In this document: one piece after another, positions 11,895 through 24,700 of the stretch
Numbering within the stretch: position 1 is the first letter of the stretch
How the letters are laid out: each line of letters begins with the position of its first letter
Assembly: GCF_002571385.2 (NCBI RefSeq)
Contig: NW_019218206.1
Location: 179,902-243,901, forward strand
Direction of reading: 5' to 3'
DNA: 64,000 bases
Origin: Stylophora pistillata
Lineage: Eukaryota
The notes under the pieces: generated by a model
The model's database searches: none
Seen by the model: the letters and a program-made list of their open reading frames with translations, nothing else
Told to the model about the DNA's origin: nothing
Program-made: the position numbers and the translations under genes

Positions 11895-14800
11895 AGCTAC
11901 GTGCTCTGTACTCTGTTAGAGCATGCACTTTCAACCAATGACAGTGCTTGTTGTATCCGAACTTTACTATAATTCCTAATAGGGAAAATAAAAAGTGATC
12001 AATTGAAAGATCCTCTTAAAACAGGAGGTACTTACCGGTAGCCCCTCCTCCCAGTCAGCCGGGCAATCGATGCTGTTACAATATCGAACTTTCTTAGAAA
12101 TGCTTGGTTTCTTATCAGCAGCACAGCTTGTGCTTGGCACATAATCTGTAGGGTTGATCTTCTTACGGCAGATAACTTCATGTGTTTGTACCCCATTGCC
12201 ACATGATTTGGAGCATGGTGACCAATCAGTGGTATGCCACTGAAAGCAAGATATCTTGAGTTACTTATAATAGTGACATTTAGTACCAGGGTTTTCAGCG
12301 GAAACCTCGAACGTCAAACCGGTGGAGGTCACGTGATCAAGCCGTGCGGTCACGTTGGGAGTTCTGAACGCGCGTTTTCAACGCCAAGAGGTGGGTTTTC
12401 ACGTAAGTGATTGACCTGAACGTTTTTTATCCTGAATTTGTAATTATGCCACGTACAAATCAGAAGGTTATGTAAACCAGTCTTTTTGGAACAAGTTTAG
12501 ATATATCTTTTTAGCGAATGAGTGAAAATAAGACTTCTTGTTGCCGTTTGAAAATCAAACACTGCTGTTGTCTGGAAATTCAATACGGCGGCCTCTTCAA
12601 TTTCATGTTTTTTTCGAAGTTTTCGGTCGCTAGTGGCCTTCTGTGAGCTCATAAATAAGGGTTTTCTCACCTTTAAGGTTTATTATTCAAGCAGCAGTAG
12701 ATGGTATCTGAGAAAACTTAAATTTTTTTAATTCCAGGGTATCATGTTCCATTCCGATGGCCAGAGGTGCAGCACGAGCTGGCCCTTGCAAAGAAATTGG
12801 CAAAGTGTTTCTCTGAAAAGCTCCAAGAGTGGGACGAAGTAGCTAAAATTAACTCAGCAAAGCTTTTTCTACTGATGATAAACAAGTAGAGGATGTCAAG
12901 AAAAGATGGATAGAATACTTGAGAAATACTAATCGGAGGACGCCAAAGCTTTGAAAGGATAAGAATGTCCCAACACTTCAATTCGATAAAAGCGTGGTTA
13001 CTCCTTTTATGTTCTACATTTTCAGTGAACCTGTATTTAATGGTCATCCTGTATTAAGCGGTCAGTTTTGAAAGTCCCGAAAATTTCTCCCCTTATTTAT
13101 TGCAAGTTTTGTGACCTCTATTAGCGGCCACCTCTTTTAGCAGTAGCGGTCACCTTTTACGATGCAATTAGGTCCCAACGAGTGTATTTTTATTGTATTA
13201 AGCAATCACTTCATAGAGTAACAGGATACCATCCGAATGTGTAATCAAATATAACTAAACTAGTTCTCAAAAGCTGTAGTTTATTTTATTACAAATGAGC
13301 AAGAGATATAAATTTCTTACAAAGACCAATAAAAAGGTATGTAGGGTTGAACACTGAATATCAAATTCTTTATTCAGTAGAGGTAGAACCTAAATTAAAC
13401 AATCAACCTGTACAAAGCTGCTGGTGACCATTTTACTCAAGTTTGACTGTAATTAGATTTTGAAAGGTCAAGCACAGAAGAGGAGCTGACTGAGCTGCGG
13501 CAGCTCTGTGAGGATATAACTACATACAGAAGAGATACAAAGATGAGGAAGACAGAAGAGGAGGTAAAGAAAAAGAAAGAGGGGGATGAGTTTGACAGAC
13601 AGAAAGCTGAGGAAATGAGAAAGGCAGCTGTAGAAAGATTAGCAAGTTAATAATTACAACATAATAATTTTATAGCTGCATTACCATTAAGTGTTAATCA
13701 TCCAACTGTTCCTAAAAGAGATTATAAATATTTCAGGCATAAGGTTGATGCTTCCAACTGGTTTCTGAGCTTACAGATATTGGAAACAGTGAGATGTTGG
13801 ATAATGTTTAATGAGCAGTGTCACTAAACATTTTTGCTGGCCCAAATAGCCTTGAAAAGATATTGGAGAGTCCAAAAATATTCAACAATCACTGCAAGCT
13901 CATGATTACATAGAATTTACCAGATGATTTCACCCAATCAGACAAGAAGAGATTTTTTGGAGGAATAAGTAGCTAAGCAACATTGTATAGTGTATGAATG
14001 TGAATATATGAAAATCATATATTTGAACTGTGGATTGAAGAATGAATGTGTGATTCATCATTGCAGTTATGAACGCTTATTAAGCAGTAATGAAAATAAA
14101 GGCCAAAAAAATTCAGGCTTGTGTGGGAGTCAAACTCATGACCTCTGCATTACTGCTGCAGTGCTCTGCACCAGGAATGCAGAGGTCATGGGGTCGACTC
14201 CTGCACAAGCTGGAATTTCTTTTGGGTTTTATTTTCACTACTGCTTAATCAGTGTTCATAACTGTGATGATCATTCACATATTCATTGTACAGTATATAT
14301 GCAGTCAAAAGTAGCTCACCTGTGAATCCTGATCAAATTTTCACTGTTCAAAGCTGATTTAGTTTCAAATTTTTTTTCCTTTTAGGGTGTCGCAGTGATA
14401 CATGTAAGTCTGATGAAGAAGATTCGAGGGGGGGTGGGAGTTCTGATAGTGACCAAAGCACTTCTTTGAGAGGTACATTACTTTAGTGTATAAATATTCA
14501 ACACTGATTGATCTTTTAAAACCTCTCTGTTTGATTACAGTCTAATAGCTGTGGCTATAGTGCATTTACATAAAGCACTGACCATGCCCAGCTATTTTCA
14601 AACAGTATTTTTGTGAGTGCATTAGACATGTATTTCAAAGCCTTTTACGAAACAAAAACATTTGTCACCTTTGGTTCAATTTTTTGAGGGTTCAAAATTT
14701 CTCAAACCAACTTGATTTTTAAATCTCTTCAATAGCTCAAACAGTATTTCAGTGAAACACTCATAAATAGTGTAGTGGTTGTTCGTACTTAAACAGTTTT

Positions 14801-17800
14801 TCGAGTAAATTGTACAAACTTCTGTAAATTTGATATAATACTTAATTTCACTCTATTGCTTGGTAATAAAATGTAAGATAAGATAAGAAATCAAACTTCT
14901 TTGAAAAAAATTTGAGGCAACAATTACAATCATTGATCATTAACTGATATTATATATAGGTTCAAAGAGAAAAAAAAATCTGTGTTTAACTTCATAGTTA
15001 AACTCAGATGTCCTCCATTGTTAATCTGCTTTATCACTTTTTTTGTAACAATTGAGGATTCGAGACTGTTTAACTTCAAAGTAGAACTCAGGTGTCCTCC
15101 ACTGTTAAAGACTTGGTAATTTATTTTTGTGACAATTGAGCATTTTAGATTGTTTGAATTCATAGTAGAACTGAGATGTCCTCCACTGTTAATCTACTTT
15201 GTAACATTTTTTGTAAAAACTGAGCATTCTAGATTGTTTGAATTCATAGTGGAACTGATAAAATAGAAATAAAAGTATTTTCAAATTAAACTCCAGAGCT
15301 CATGAAATTGTTGCGACCGTTGAACGATTGAAACATGCCTCATACTTGGAGTCCTAGGGCCGAATAATCGTGCGGCTAGAAATGAAAGGCGCCTTAGGCT
15401 CACGAAAATATTTACGCAGAGGGCAAATGAGCCAGGCTCTCACCCACAAAGCTACTGGTACCCTTTTTTTGAGTCAAGCCGAAATTCCTGTTATATTTTG
15501 GTCTCACCGGCATATATTTCTGTTGGTCCCTAAGGATCAACTCATCTGAGCATGGATGTCAGTTGTTTGAAAATAAACTGAAAATTATTATGAACGCAAA
15601 AGGAGATAAATCATCCTGTAACCTACTTAACATGTCGATGCTTTTAAGCATCGACAGAAATTGTCTTAATGATGTCTTTACATTTGGTGGCTGTTGGCCT
15701 CAAACTTGAGTCGGATTGCCAACTCGATGTCATGAGCTCTATCCATTTTGCTGGAGGGAGATTACCATTCTCGGGAATTTGTGGACGATAATACTCGTCT
15801 TTAATTCGTATAGTAAAGAATTCTTCACGGCGTAGTTCGGTAAAGACGCGCTTCCCAAACCACATTTCCCACATCATGAGACCAAAACTGTATATATCCA
15901 CCTTTGTGCTGTAAAGTTTGCCTTCCATTACTTCCGGTGCCATATACGGTTGAGTCCCACACATTGTGCCAATGATTTTGTCTTCAAAGGTTGCTAGGCC
16001 CAAGTCTGCAACTTTGATGTAATCATCTTTTGAGATCTGCAAATAATGTCAGGCAAAGTTAGTTTCCTGAAAAGGTTTCTTAATTTACAAAACATCAATC
16101 CAAAAAAGAACCCCTATTTGCTCCGGCTTTAGGTTAAACTCTTTGTCCCTTTGCCAAGTACCTGTATATTTCAAATTTTCAAAACGGTGGTAGAGACAGC
16201 ATAGGAGCCAATAAACTCACCTTGCCGCAGCTTATCCCGATTTCATTCGCATAAAATCGACCAAGATAATTTTACATGCAAATTTTTCAAATGACCAAGA
16301 AAAAACTCGAGTCATCTAATGCTCATTTCGAACAACTGAAATATTAAGAGAATAAAGTGTGGCCAAAGGACTCATCTCGCCGCAGCTCATCCCGATTTCA
16401 ATGGAATCTTACATGCAACTTTTTAAAATAACCGAGAAAAAATTCGCATTGATCAAATGCTCATTTCGAGCAAATGAAATATTAAGCTAATAAAGTGTGA
16501 CGCCGTAATAATTTATGCACTGGTGGTGGAGTCAGAGTATTCTCCAACATGTGAACCTAACATCTGAGCTGATGTGGTCATTGGATGAGTTTTTGCTTCG
16601 GATATTTTTACAATGGTTACCAAATCGAGATTTCCGGCAGATTACTGTTGAAACAGTCATTGATATATCGGAAAAGTCTAGCCAGCACTTTTTTTCCGAG
16701 GTCATTTTAGGATTACGTAATTTCCATTACCTAATTTCCATTACCTAATTTCCATTACCTAATTTCTAATTTCCTAATTACTGACTCACCAGAATTTTCT
16801 CTTTGTCCTACGATTGTGACAACACAAAGAAAGGATAATTTTTCATTTTGATCATTAAAATCTGGTCTGGTTTATAATTGATCACATTTCATCCTCTATC
16901 AACTCACTAGAATGTTGGCTAGCTTGAGATCCCGATGGACAACATTCTTGCTATGGATGAATTCAAGCGCATCTAAGATTTGTTTTGCCCGGGGCATGAT
17001 CCAAGCTGCTGCACTGGCCGTCTTCCATGGAATGTACTCATCATTTTCAAAGATTTGCTGGTCTAGGCTCCTGATACACAAGTCAAACACTAGAACCAGT
17101 GAAACGAGTTCTCGGTTTTGAACGTCTATGCCCACTCCATAAAATGTAACGATGTGCTTGTGTTCAAGTTGCCTGCGTGAAAGATGGTGACCAAATTAAT
17201 ATTGAGTTAGGCTAAGTACCCGGGTGTTCAAATTGCAATGAATTCACCAGGGTATCCTTTTTTTTAAGCCTTCTGAAAGTGAACTGTGAAAGCGTAAAAG
17301 TGCGATCCGATTAGCAATCTTTTCTAACAGTTTATGATAATGTATAAATTTTAGGCCCCATTCCCTGGAGTAAAATTAACGATGCTTTACAATTTACTGT
17401 AAAATGATGGTGAAAAGCAAGAGCTTATTTATTGCTTGGAATTTTACCACCCAAGAATCTATATACTCACATCTGATTGAATAACGGAAGGATTAACTGG
17501 ATTATTTAAAATGGAAATGGCACCAAATAATTTCAATTGTAGTTAATTGTTCCTAATCTGCAGATTGGGGAGGATAAAATTAAGTGCACCTGCGATCAGT
17601 CAATTGAATCTCAGCAGAGGCCATTTCACAGAGTGACTCCATTATTTTTTAAATTAAATTGTGTTAGTTTAGCATAAATAATTATAGTAAAGGAAGAAAA
17701 AAAACAGAGAATCCCTGGGAAAACTCTTAAATGCAAGGACAACAACTAATAACAAGGTCAATCCGCATGTAACACCAGGTACGATAATCGAACCCACGCC

Positions 17801-20800
17801 ATAGGAGTCGAGCGCTTTCACTTCTGCATGAGGTAAAAGCACTGTTCCCTAGCTATTCTGATCTAAAAAACTTACTTTAGCATCGCTGCTTCTTTTAGAA
17901 AGGTAGCAACATTTGATTTATCAGGATGCTCCCGGATCTTTTTGACTGCAACATCTGTTTTTTCATGTCCAGGAGGAGAGTATCTTCCTTTGAAAACCGT
18001 CCCATAAGTGCCTTTACCAAGGTGAGCCTCTCTTTCTTTCTCATTGTAATTAAGTCGTCTCAAATCAAGCTGGCAAGATGGGTACATCACCTGTATTCCA
18101 TTTTGGATCGCATCGAACATCAAGTTTTCATTCATGTTCTTCAAGTTTGAGTGCAATGGACTATATTTTTCTAGGATCTCTTTTTCCCTTGATTCGTCTT
18201 CGCTCTTTGTCAGATCTTTGCATCGCTGCTCGTATTTGGTGATTAACTGTTGGTGACACCTCTTGATTTTTGCAATGCGATTCGTCTCCTCGCTGAATCT
18301 GTCTTGAACATAACTGGGGATTTTATTTCTGATGAAGTCGTCAAGGAACTTCTTCGAGAGGTCTGTTAGTGTTTGACAACAATTGTTCTTCAGTTGAAGT
18401 TCCTTTAAATGCTTTCCAAATGGCAGTACCCCAAGGACGGGTGCAGTAAGAAATCCGGCAGTGAGGCCTACAGGTACGAAAACTGTCCATAAAATCAAAC
18501 CAGTCATCACTAGAAATTTTCGCCTTCCTGGATCTAAGGGTGAGAAAATCCGGCCTGGGTGAATCTCAAAAGGTTGGCAATCTTCCACGTCACTCCCAGT
18601 AAGAACACGGTCGATGTCTCGAATTTCTCTCTCAAACTCTAGGAAACCTTTGTTAAATAGTGCTTCCAGTTCTGCGCGTGCTTGCGTGAAAAAATTCGTT
18701 CTTCTTTCCCAGTTTTGGAGGAGAGTCTCGAATCGTTGTTCAATGCATCTGCTAAATGCCTCCTTCATCTTTGAAAAGTTTTGACCCTCTTCCGTTTTAG
18801 GCAGAGGGTTTTCTGTCCACCTGCAAAAGTTTCTTTTAAATTCATCAGTTTGTAGGTAGGAAGCAAGTTCTTGTTCCACTTGTTTCACATACAAAATTAT
18901 GGCGCCCTCGATTTCTCGGATGGGGTTGCCTTCTTTAAGCTTGCTGAGTTTCTCGTCAAGTTCCTCCCGAGCCTTGAGACGTTCTTCTTTGTTCCTTTTG
19001 GCGTTATACATTTCGCCTTTCAGCTGATCGGACAAGCTGCAGAGCTGGCCGCTAATCCAGCTGTCAAACAGAGCATAAAGATTGATTAACTGCATGTTAA
19101 AAAGCTGTTTTCTTCTCGTTTAGTCGAATGCGACTCATTTTCTTAAATTTGTTTTCCTTCAAAAGTCTTTTGGATTGATTCTTAACTTCATAAGACCAGT
19201 TGAATAACGTTTATGCAAGCTTAGTATTTCGGATTTCTTTTCGGAAGTGAGCAAATATTCATTTCGAACACGGTTTGGAAACACTTCGCAACGTCTTGAT
19301 TTAAATGTATCTACTGGGAAACATTTTTCTGTAGCTCTTTCCGGCCGTAAAAAGGTATTGAATTTATAGCACATCTACAACGCCCTCTTTGATAGAAAAG
19401 TGTCACATCTAGTTGGATCGGATTAACAATAATCTGTACCCCTTGGCTTCTACAAACAGATTTATCCTCAAGGGTTGAGGGAAATTGGAAAAAGTTTTCC
19501 TTAGTAACGTGTGTTTAAGATATTGGATAATTAGAACAAAGTGTGAAATCAAACTTACAAGTAGAAAAATTCTGTTTTTCTCTCAATGCAAAGTGGCAGA
19601 AGACGCTGTAGTCGATTCACAAGACTGTTGAGATCATCACTCATTACGTTGAATTTCTTTTGTACAGATGTGGCTCTCGAGACTGACATCTTAATAATTT
19701 GGAATTTTCCATCCAATCCAGGAATGTTCTTTTTGAGAGAGTCGATGATGTGCCTTTCAGGATTTTTCTCCTGATTTCGGTTAGACTGCTCTTCCACCTC
19801 GTCCCACTTGTTACAGACAAAAATAGCAGACTCGGAAGGGATGCCACAGCCATCTTTTCCCTTGTAGAGTTTTATCCATTCACTCAAGATAAGCATCAGC
19901 TGAAAGATTTTTCGCAAAAACTAGATTTTAAGAATGGAAAATCATATTTGCTGTCGGGGCATTTTATTTGAAAACAATTAAAATGGGGTGATGCGTCTTT
20001 ATGAGTGACCCATATTTTGATCTGAACATAATATATGTTTACTCAACAGTGTATGAGATAGAAAGCAAATCATAAGTTTACCCTGTCCTTTTGTAATCCT
20101 CCAGCGTTTGGAGTGTTTATCACGTAGATAAAGGCGTAGGCTCGACTTAAGTATTTCAAGGTGATCTCACTGACGCTCTTTGAATCGCCAATTCCGGGGC
20201 TGTCTATGATCACTACACCACCCTAAAGAGAGAGAAACGAATACTTATTAAGTATTTGAATGAATAGTGATCCATTTTTATGCTGTTTGGTCGTGCATAA
20301 ACTCCTAGTGCGATTTTCCTATTCACTAGGATCATCATCGTCAATATAGAGGCGAGCTACAGCTCAACTCAGCACAATACAGAAAAGAACGGTAGAGCTC
20401 ATTATCAACCTAACACACCTGATGAAACAGAGTACTAAACGAAAGATATATACCTAGGTCTGTTTTGATACATGTCCACCGGCTTCACCAGTGATGTTGT
20501 CCCTATACAACAGCGAGCGGGGAGAGGAGAGAAAAAGTGTTTTGTAATTGGCTAAAACGCTTGTGCCAGTAAGGGCTCGAGAAGTGTATACCTTGGATTT
20601 TTTTTCAGCTGTTTATCAAAGATTATTACTATACCATGCAGAACTGTTTGATTATCCCAGTTACTTTTATTGTACGCACACAAAAAGTCTTATCACCTTC
20701 AATAGTAAATTTGGAATCCTGATCTCTATCTTCTCACACCAGTTTTCATCCTCTATTGGTTTTTTAATGTAATCTTTATACTTGTCAAATCTCTGCCCGG

Positions 20801-21794
20801 TAAGGACAAGAGATAACCCACGTCTATTAGCGAAGTGCAGGACAGCTTCTTTGATCGCTCCATACGATATTTCGCATATGGTCAATGTACTCTGCTTTAT
20901 ACTGATTGGCATTATGGAGTCGTTAAGTAAGAGGTTAATAAGACTGCTTTTTCCAGCGCTGGTTTCTCCTGTTTTAGGAAAATAGGAAGGGTTTTAAAGA
21001 ATGAAACATGAATTACATTTCTATTATAGAGAATATTTGAAAATTAGCCGTTTTACACCCGTGGATTAAAGGCGATTCGTGCCTTCAGACTGATAATTTG
21101 TCGGACCACAACCGAGCTACATGGGTTAACCTCTAAAAATGATTACCAAAATTCCCTAGTCATAAAATCCTTTGAAGCACCTGATGAAAATTTCCTTAGT
21201 ATTTCCAAAACCTCAATTATTTTTTTGTTATTTTCATATTTCGTCACTGCTATAATTTTGTCTCAGGACTGGTAAGATTGCGAGGCGAAAGGAATGTAAT
21301 GCAGACCAAGGGGCGTTGGGGAGAAGAGTTTTCCACGGCTTTCGGTATGAGGAAATGCTGACAATGAAAGATCAAAACTTTTAAGTATTGAGAGTGGCGA
21401 ATGATGACTCAACCAAGAGGAACTAGTAATTAAGAAAAAACCCTGAATTCTTCTGGGACAATCAGAATGGTTCAGAATGGTTTCAGGTCCACTGTTACAA
21501 GACTTACCAAGAATAAGAACAGGGTATCTCTTGGTTCCGAGATCCTCAAGACGAACCTCAGCTTCCCTCCGAAAGTCATTTATCTCAGTCTCGCTAACTG
21601 CTTGAGTTTCCTGTAGATTTTCTTTAACTTTCAAATAGTACTTTTCCAGGACTTGTCGGCGATCGAGTGTTTGCTCTATATCGCCTAAGATTCTCTGATA
21701 TCCCTAAACAAAGAATGATTAATTACAAAGAAGTAAAACGTTGTGAGTGGTTGCACCTAAAATAGCTACTCGCTGAATCATTTTTATTGACAAA
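11895..21794. repeat. 9.9-kb near-identical direct repeat, copy 2
   Basis: Matches 1254-11153 at offset 10641, including the TSP1 exon (12036-12239), the TE remnants and kinase-gene exons 2-8. Confidence 0.95.
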
Positions 21795-24700
21795 GTATGG
21801 CTATTTGCATAATTTCAAAGTAGGAAATGGTCTAATGATTCTCATCAGCGTTGTATTTTTATGTGGAGAGATTGAAGCCCACGATTACCTTTCTTCCTCG
21901 GAAAAGACGAACAAATCTTTTAAGAACGTGTCCACGAGAGCATCAGGGAGTCGTGATAGATGCCATCGCACCGATTTCAATGAAATTTTGCCAGTTCAAA
22001 GGTTCTACCTCAAAACTCAAAACGACAAACTGGTTTCTGCTTTGGTTATTTCCGGGGGGAGATAGACCACCCCCCGGTTTTTCTAGGTTTTCACTAAAAA
22101 ATGGCCTCAAAATAGGTTAAATGTAAGAAGCAGTTACTGCAACTGTATTTCACATATCAGTGTGATGGTTTTCATACATATTGGTACATCCTTAATGAAT
22201 GTACCATGCAACTTTCAATTGACTTGATTGACGGCTTTTCAGTCAGCAGAGGTGAATGTTTTAGTGTGTTTTTACACTTTTCGATTCACTCAAATATTTG
22301 GTAACTTTGAAGTCAAATACCTCCCCTTGCCAGAAAGTTGCAACACTAATTTGAACGCGCCTTTCTAGTCCATTATTTCATCTCTGAAAATCACTAAAAA
22401 TAATATTTGGTCACTGCCATACTTTTGTCTGGAATGCCTTTTGAATTCTGCCACTGTGAAAGCTCCTCTCAACTACACCTGTCACGCAATTCTAGTTGCA
22501 GGCAGTTATTTAGGCAAGTACACCATCATTTTTTAGCTCGTTAAGCAAGATAATTAATTAATCAAGGAAGCTAAGAAATGTGCGCAACTTTCCAGATTCT
22601 TGATAGAAATTGGAAATTTCACGTTTAAAGAGGAGCATGTAGGTGAAATATTGATGGGTTAATCGTACCGTTTCTCTCTTCTGTCGTTTATTTTAGAGAT
22701 TTGTTAAAGATATGCAAATATGGCTTTTTTACGGCGAAAAACATTTATAAGTCTTTGATTTGATTGTTTATTATCACAGTTGACAATGAAGAGAGAGGAG
22801 ATTTTAAGGTCACATGCCGCGTGCTTGTTGACATACAAGTTCCCGAGTACAGCAACTTCGGCTATTACATACAGTGGATGACGAGAAACTCTGCTGTCTC
22901 GTTTGAAAGGAGATATCAATAGCTCTATCAAGTTCATAAATTGCGTAATTTCTCCAGAAAATGTGTTGTTGTTGCCACTTACCGCCATAATGAAATTTCC
23001 ACGCAAAAATGGTATTCATACCGTAACTTAACTTAACTTAACTTTATTTAAGGATGGTAGCGCAATAGCCTGTTACAGTTTTCTAACCTGCGGCCCTCAC
23101 ACCCACCCACCCCACCCAGGGGAGGACATCCATTACACAGTAATCTCGTGCGTGGGAAATCAACGTCTCCTACCCCTAACCCTGCAGGAGACAGGATCTC
23201 CATTTATTCGTCCTTATCCGACTTATCCGAGAGGACTGGAATATCTAACCATTTCTTGATGTTATAGAAAGGTAGCATATTCTTCTCAATTATTTTTAAG
23301 ACCTTTAGTGTTGGTTTGGCCGGGGCTCGGACCCTCGACCTCCCGCACAACAGTCCAGCGCTCTATCCATTGAGCTAACCGGGATGCTGCGACGCGGTGA
23401 TGACCTCGTAACCTTTCATAATTATCAAGCCCTTTTTCAAGGTAACACCTCCAGAATGTTCTAAAAACCTTTATCATTACAACTGCCTGGTTTTCGCTAG
23501 AAAATTTCATCTGCCATTATTTTCCCTGAATGTTATGGCCTTTCCAGCGTGAGTGTGCAAGCCAGATGTTACATACATGGCACTCTTGAGGGTTTCGTTG
23601 GGCAGTGACGGGCTCAGGTGTCTAGGTCTCGTTGAAAACATTTCTGTATGCTGCAAATTGGCCAGCAATATACGCTTCCGCTGCTTTTTTCATCACCATA
23701 ATGCAACCAATATTTTTTTTTTGCCGGAAACTTTTGTAAATGATAAACTAGACACGTTACATGTACGAATACGTGATGTTTTTTAGGGTTATAGAGGTTA
23801 TCGTGACCCCCAACACATCCATGCACGTTCTTGTAACGTCTGAAAAATGTCACGCACGTACAACACCTTAGGCACATCTTGCGTCGCTGCGGATGCCGTC
23901 CGTTTGCTTCACTAAGTCTGTGACCCCCAAACACGTCACGCATTCATGCGTGTAACGTCCAAAAAATGTCACTGATGCACATCATCTTGGTGACACCTTA
24001 ACGCTTGCTTCACACTATGCGCACAGGTCGAAAAAAGATATTTAAATGAGTAAGATTTAATATATTTGTAAAAACTCCTTGATGAAATCTGCTATAGTCA
24101 GACGAAACGCGTAGGAGATTAAATCAAGTATGCTCAATAATTTATCATTCAAAAAAAGGTTTCGATTAAAAGCAAAACAAAACAAAATAAAACTGTCATC
24201 TTGCTCCTAAGCTGAATGGAGTCAAGGGCTGCTATGCAATATTATGTCAAGTTTAGCCATCCGCGTAAGCAATGCCCAAACATACCATGACCGGCGTACA
24301 GGCATAGAATAACTTCTCGTACAAGAATAGAGACGTGAGAATGTGGCGTGCTTATGATAATGGAGGTGGAAAGATTTAGAGCGCAGATCAGCTCGCACGG
24401 TTTGGAACACCCCAAGGCCCCACTAGGCTCGTCACAATGGATCCCTTCAGCAACCCAAACGTAGAACTGAAGCAGGTAGTTATCTGCATCCTGCGCAGAT
24501 ATCTGAACCTGGGTCATCACGAGAACTACCCAATCCTAGCTTTCTTCTTCTATCTGTGAGCCCAGCTAATCGTGAGAATTTATAGCCTTTTATTAGTTTA
24601 CAGTTAGCCCCATTCAGACTCTCTAGAAGTCCACATCTGATTCCGTCAATTTTCATAACTTTCTTGCAGATGTGAAGTGGCAAAATTTAGTCGAAGACCG

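Noticed and set aside
11026-11934. Long ORFs spanning N runs (also 45617-46047)
   Set aside because: These are artefacts of translating gap characters.
23310-23383. tRNA gene
   Set aside because: The cloverleaf is imperfect and it continues into a SINE body and simple-repeat tail. The tRNA-like segments at ~3480-3570 and ~7150 are likewise parts of repeats.
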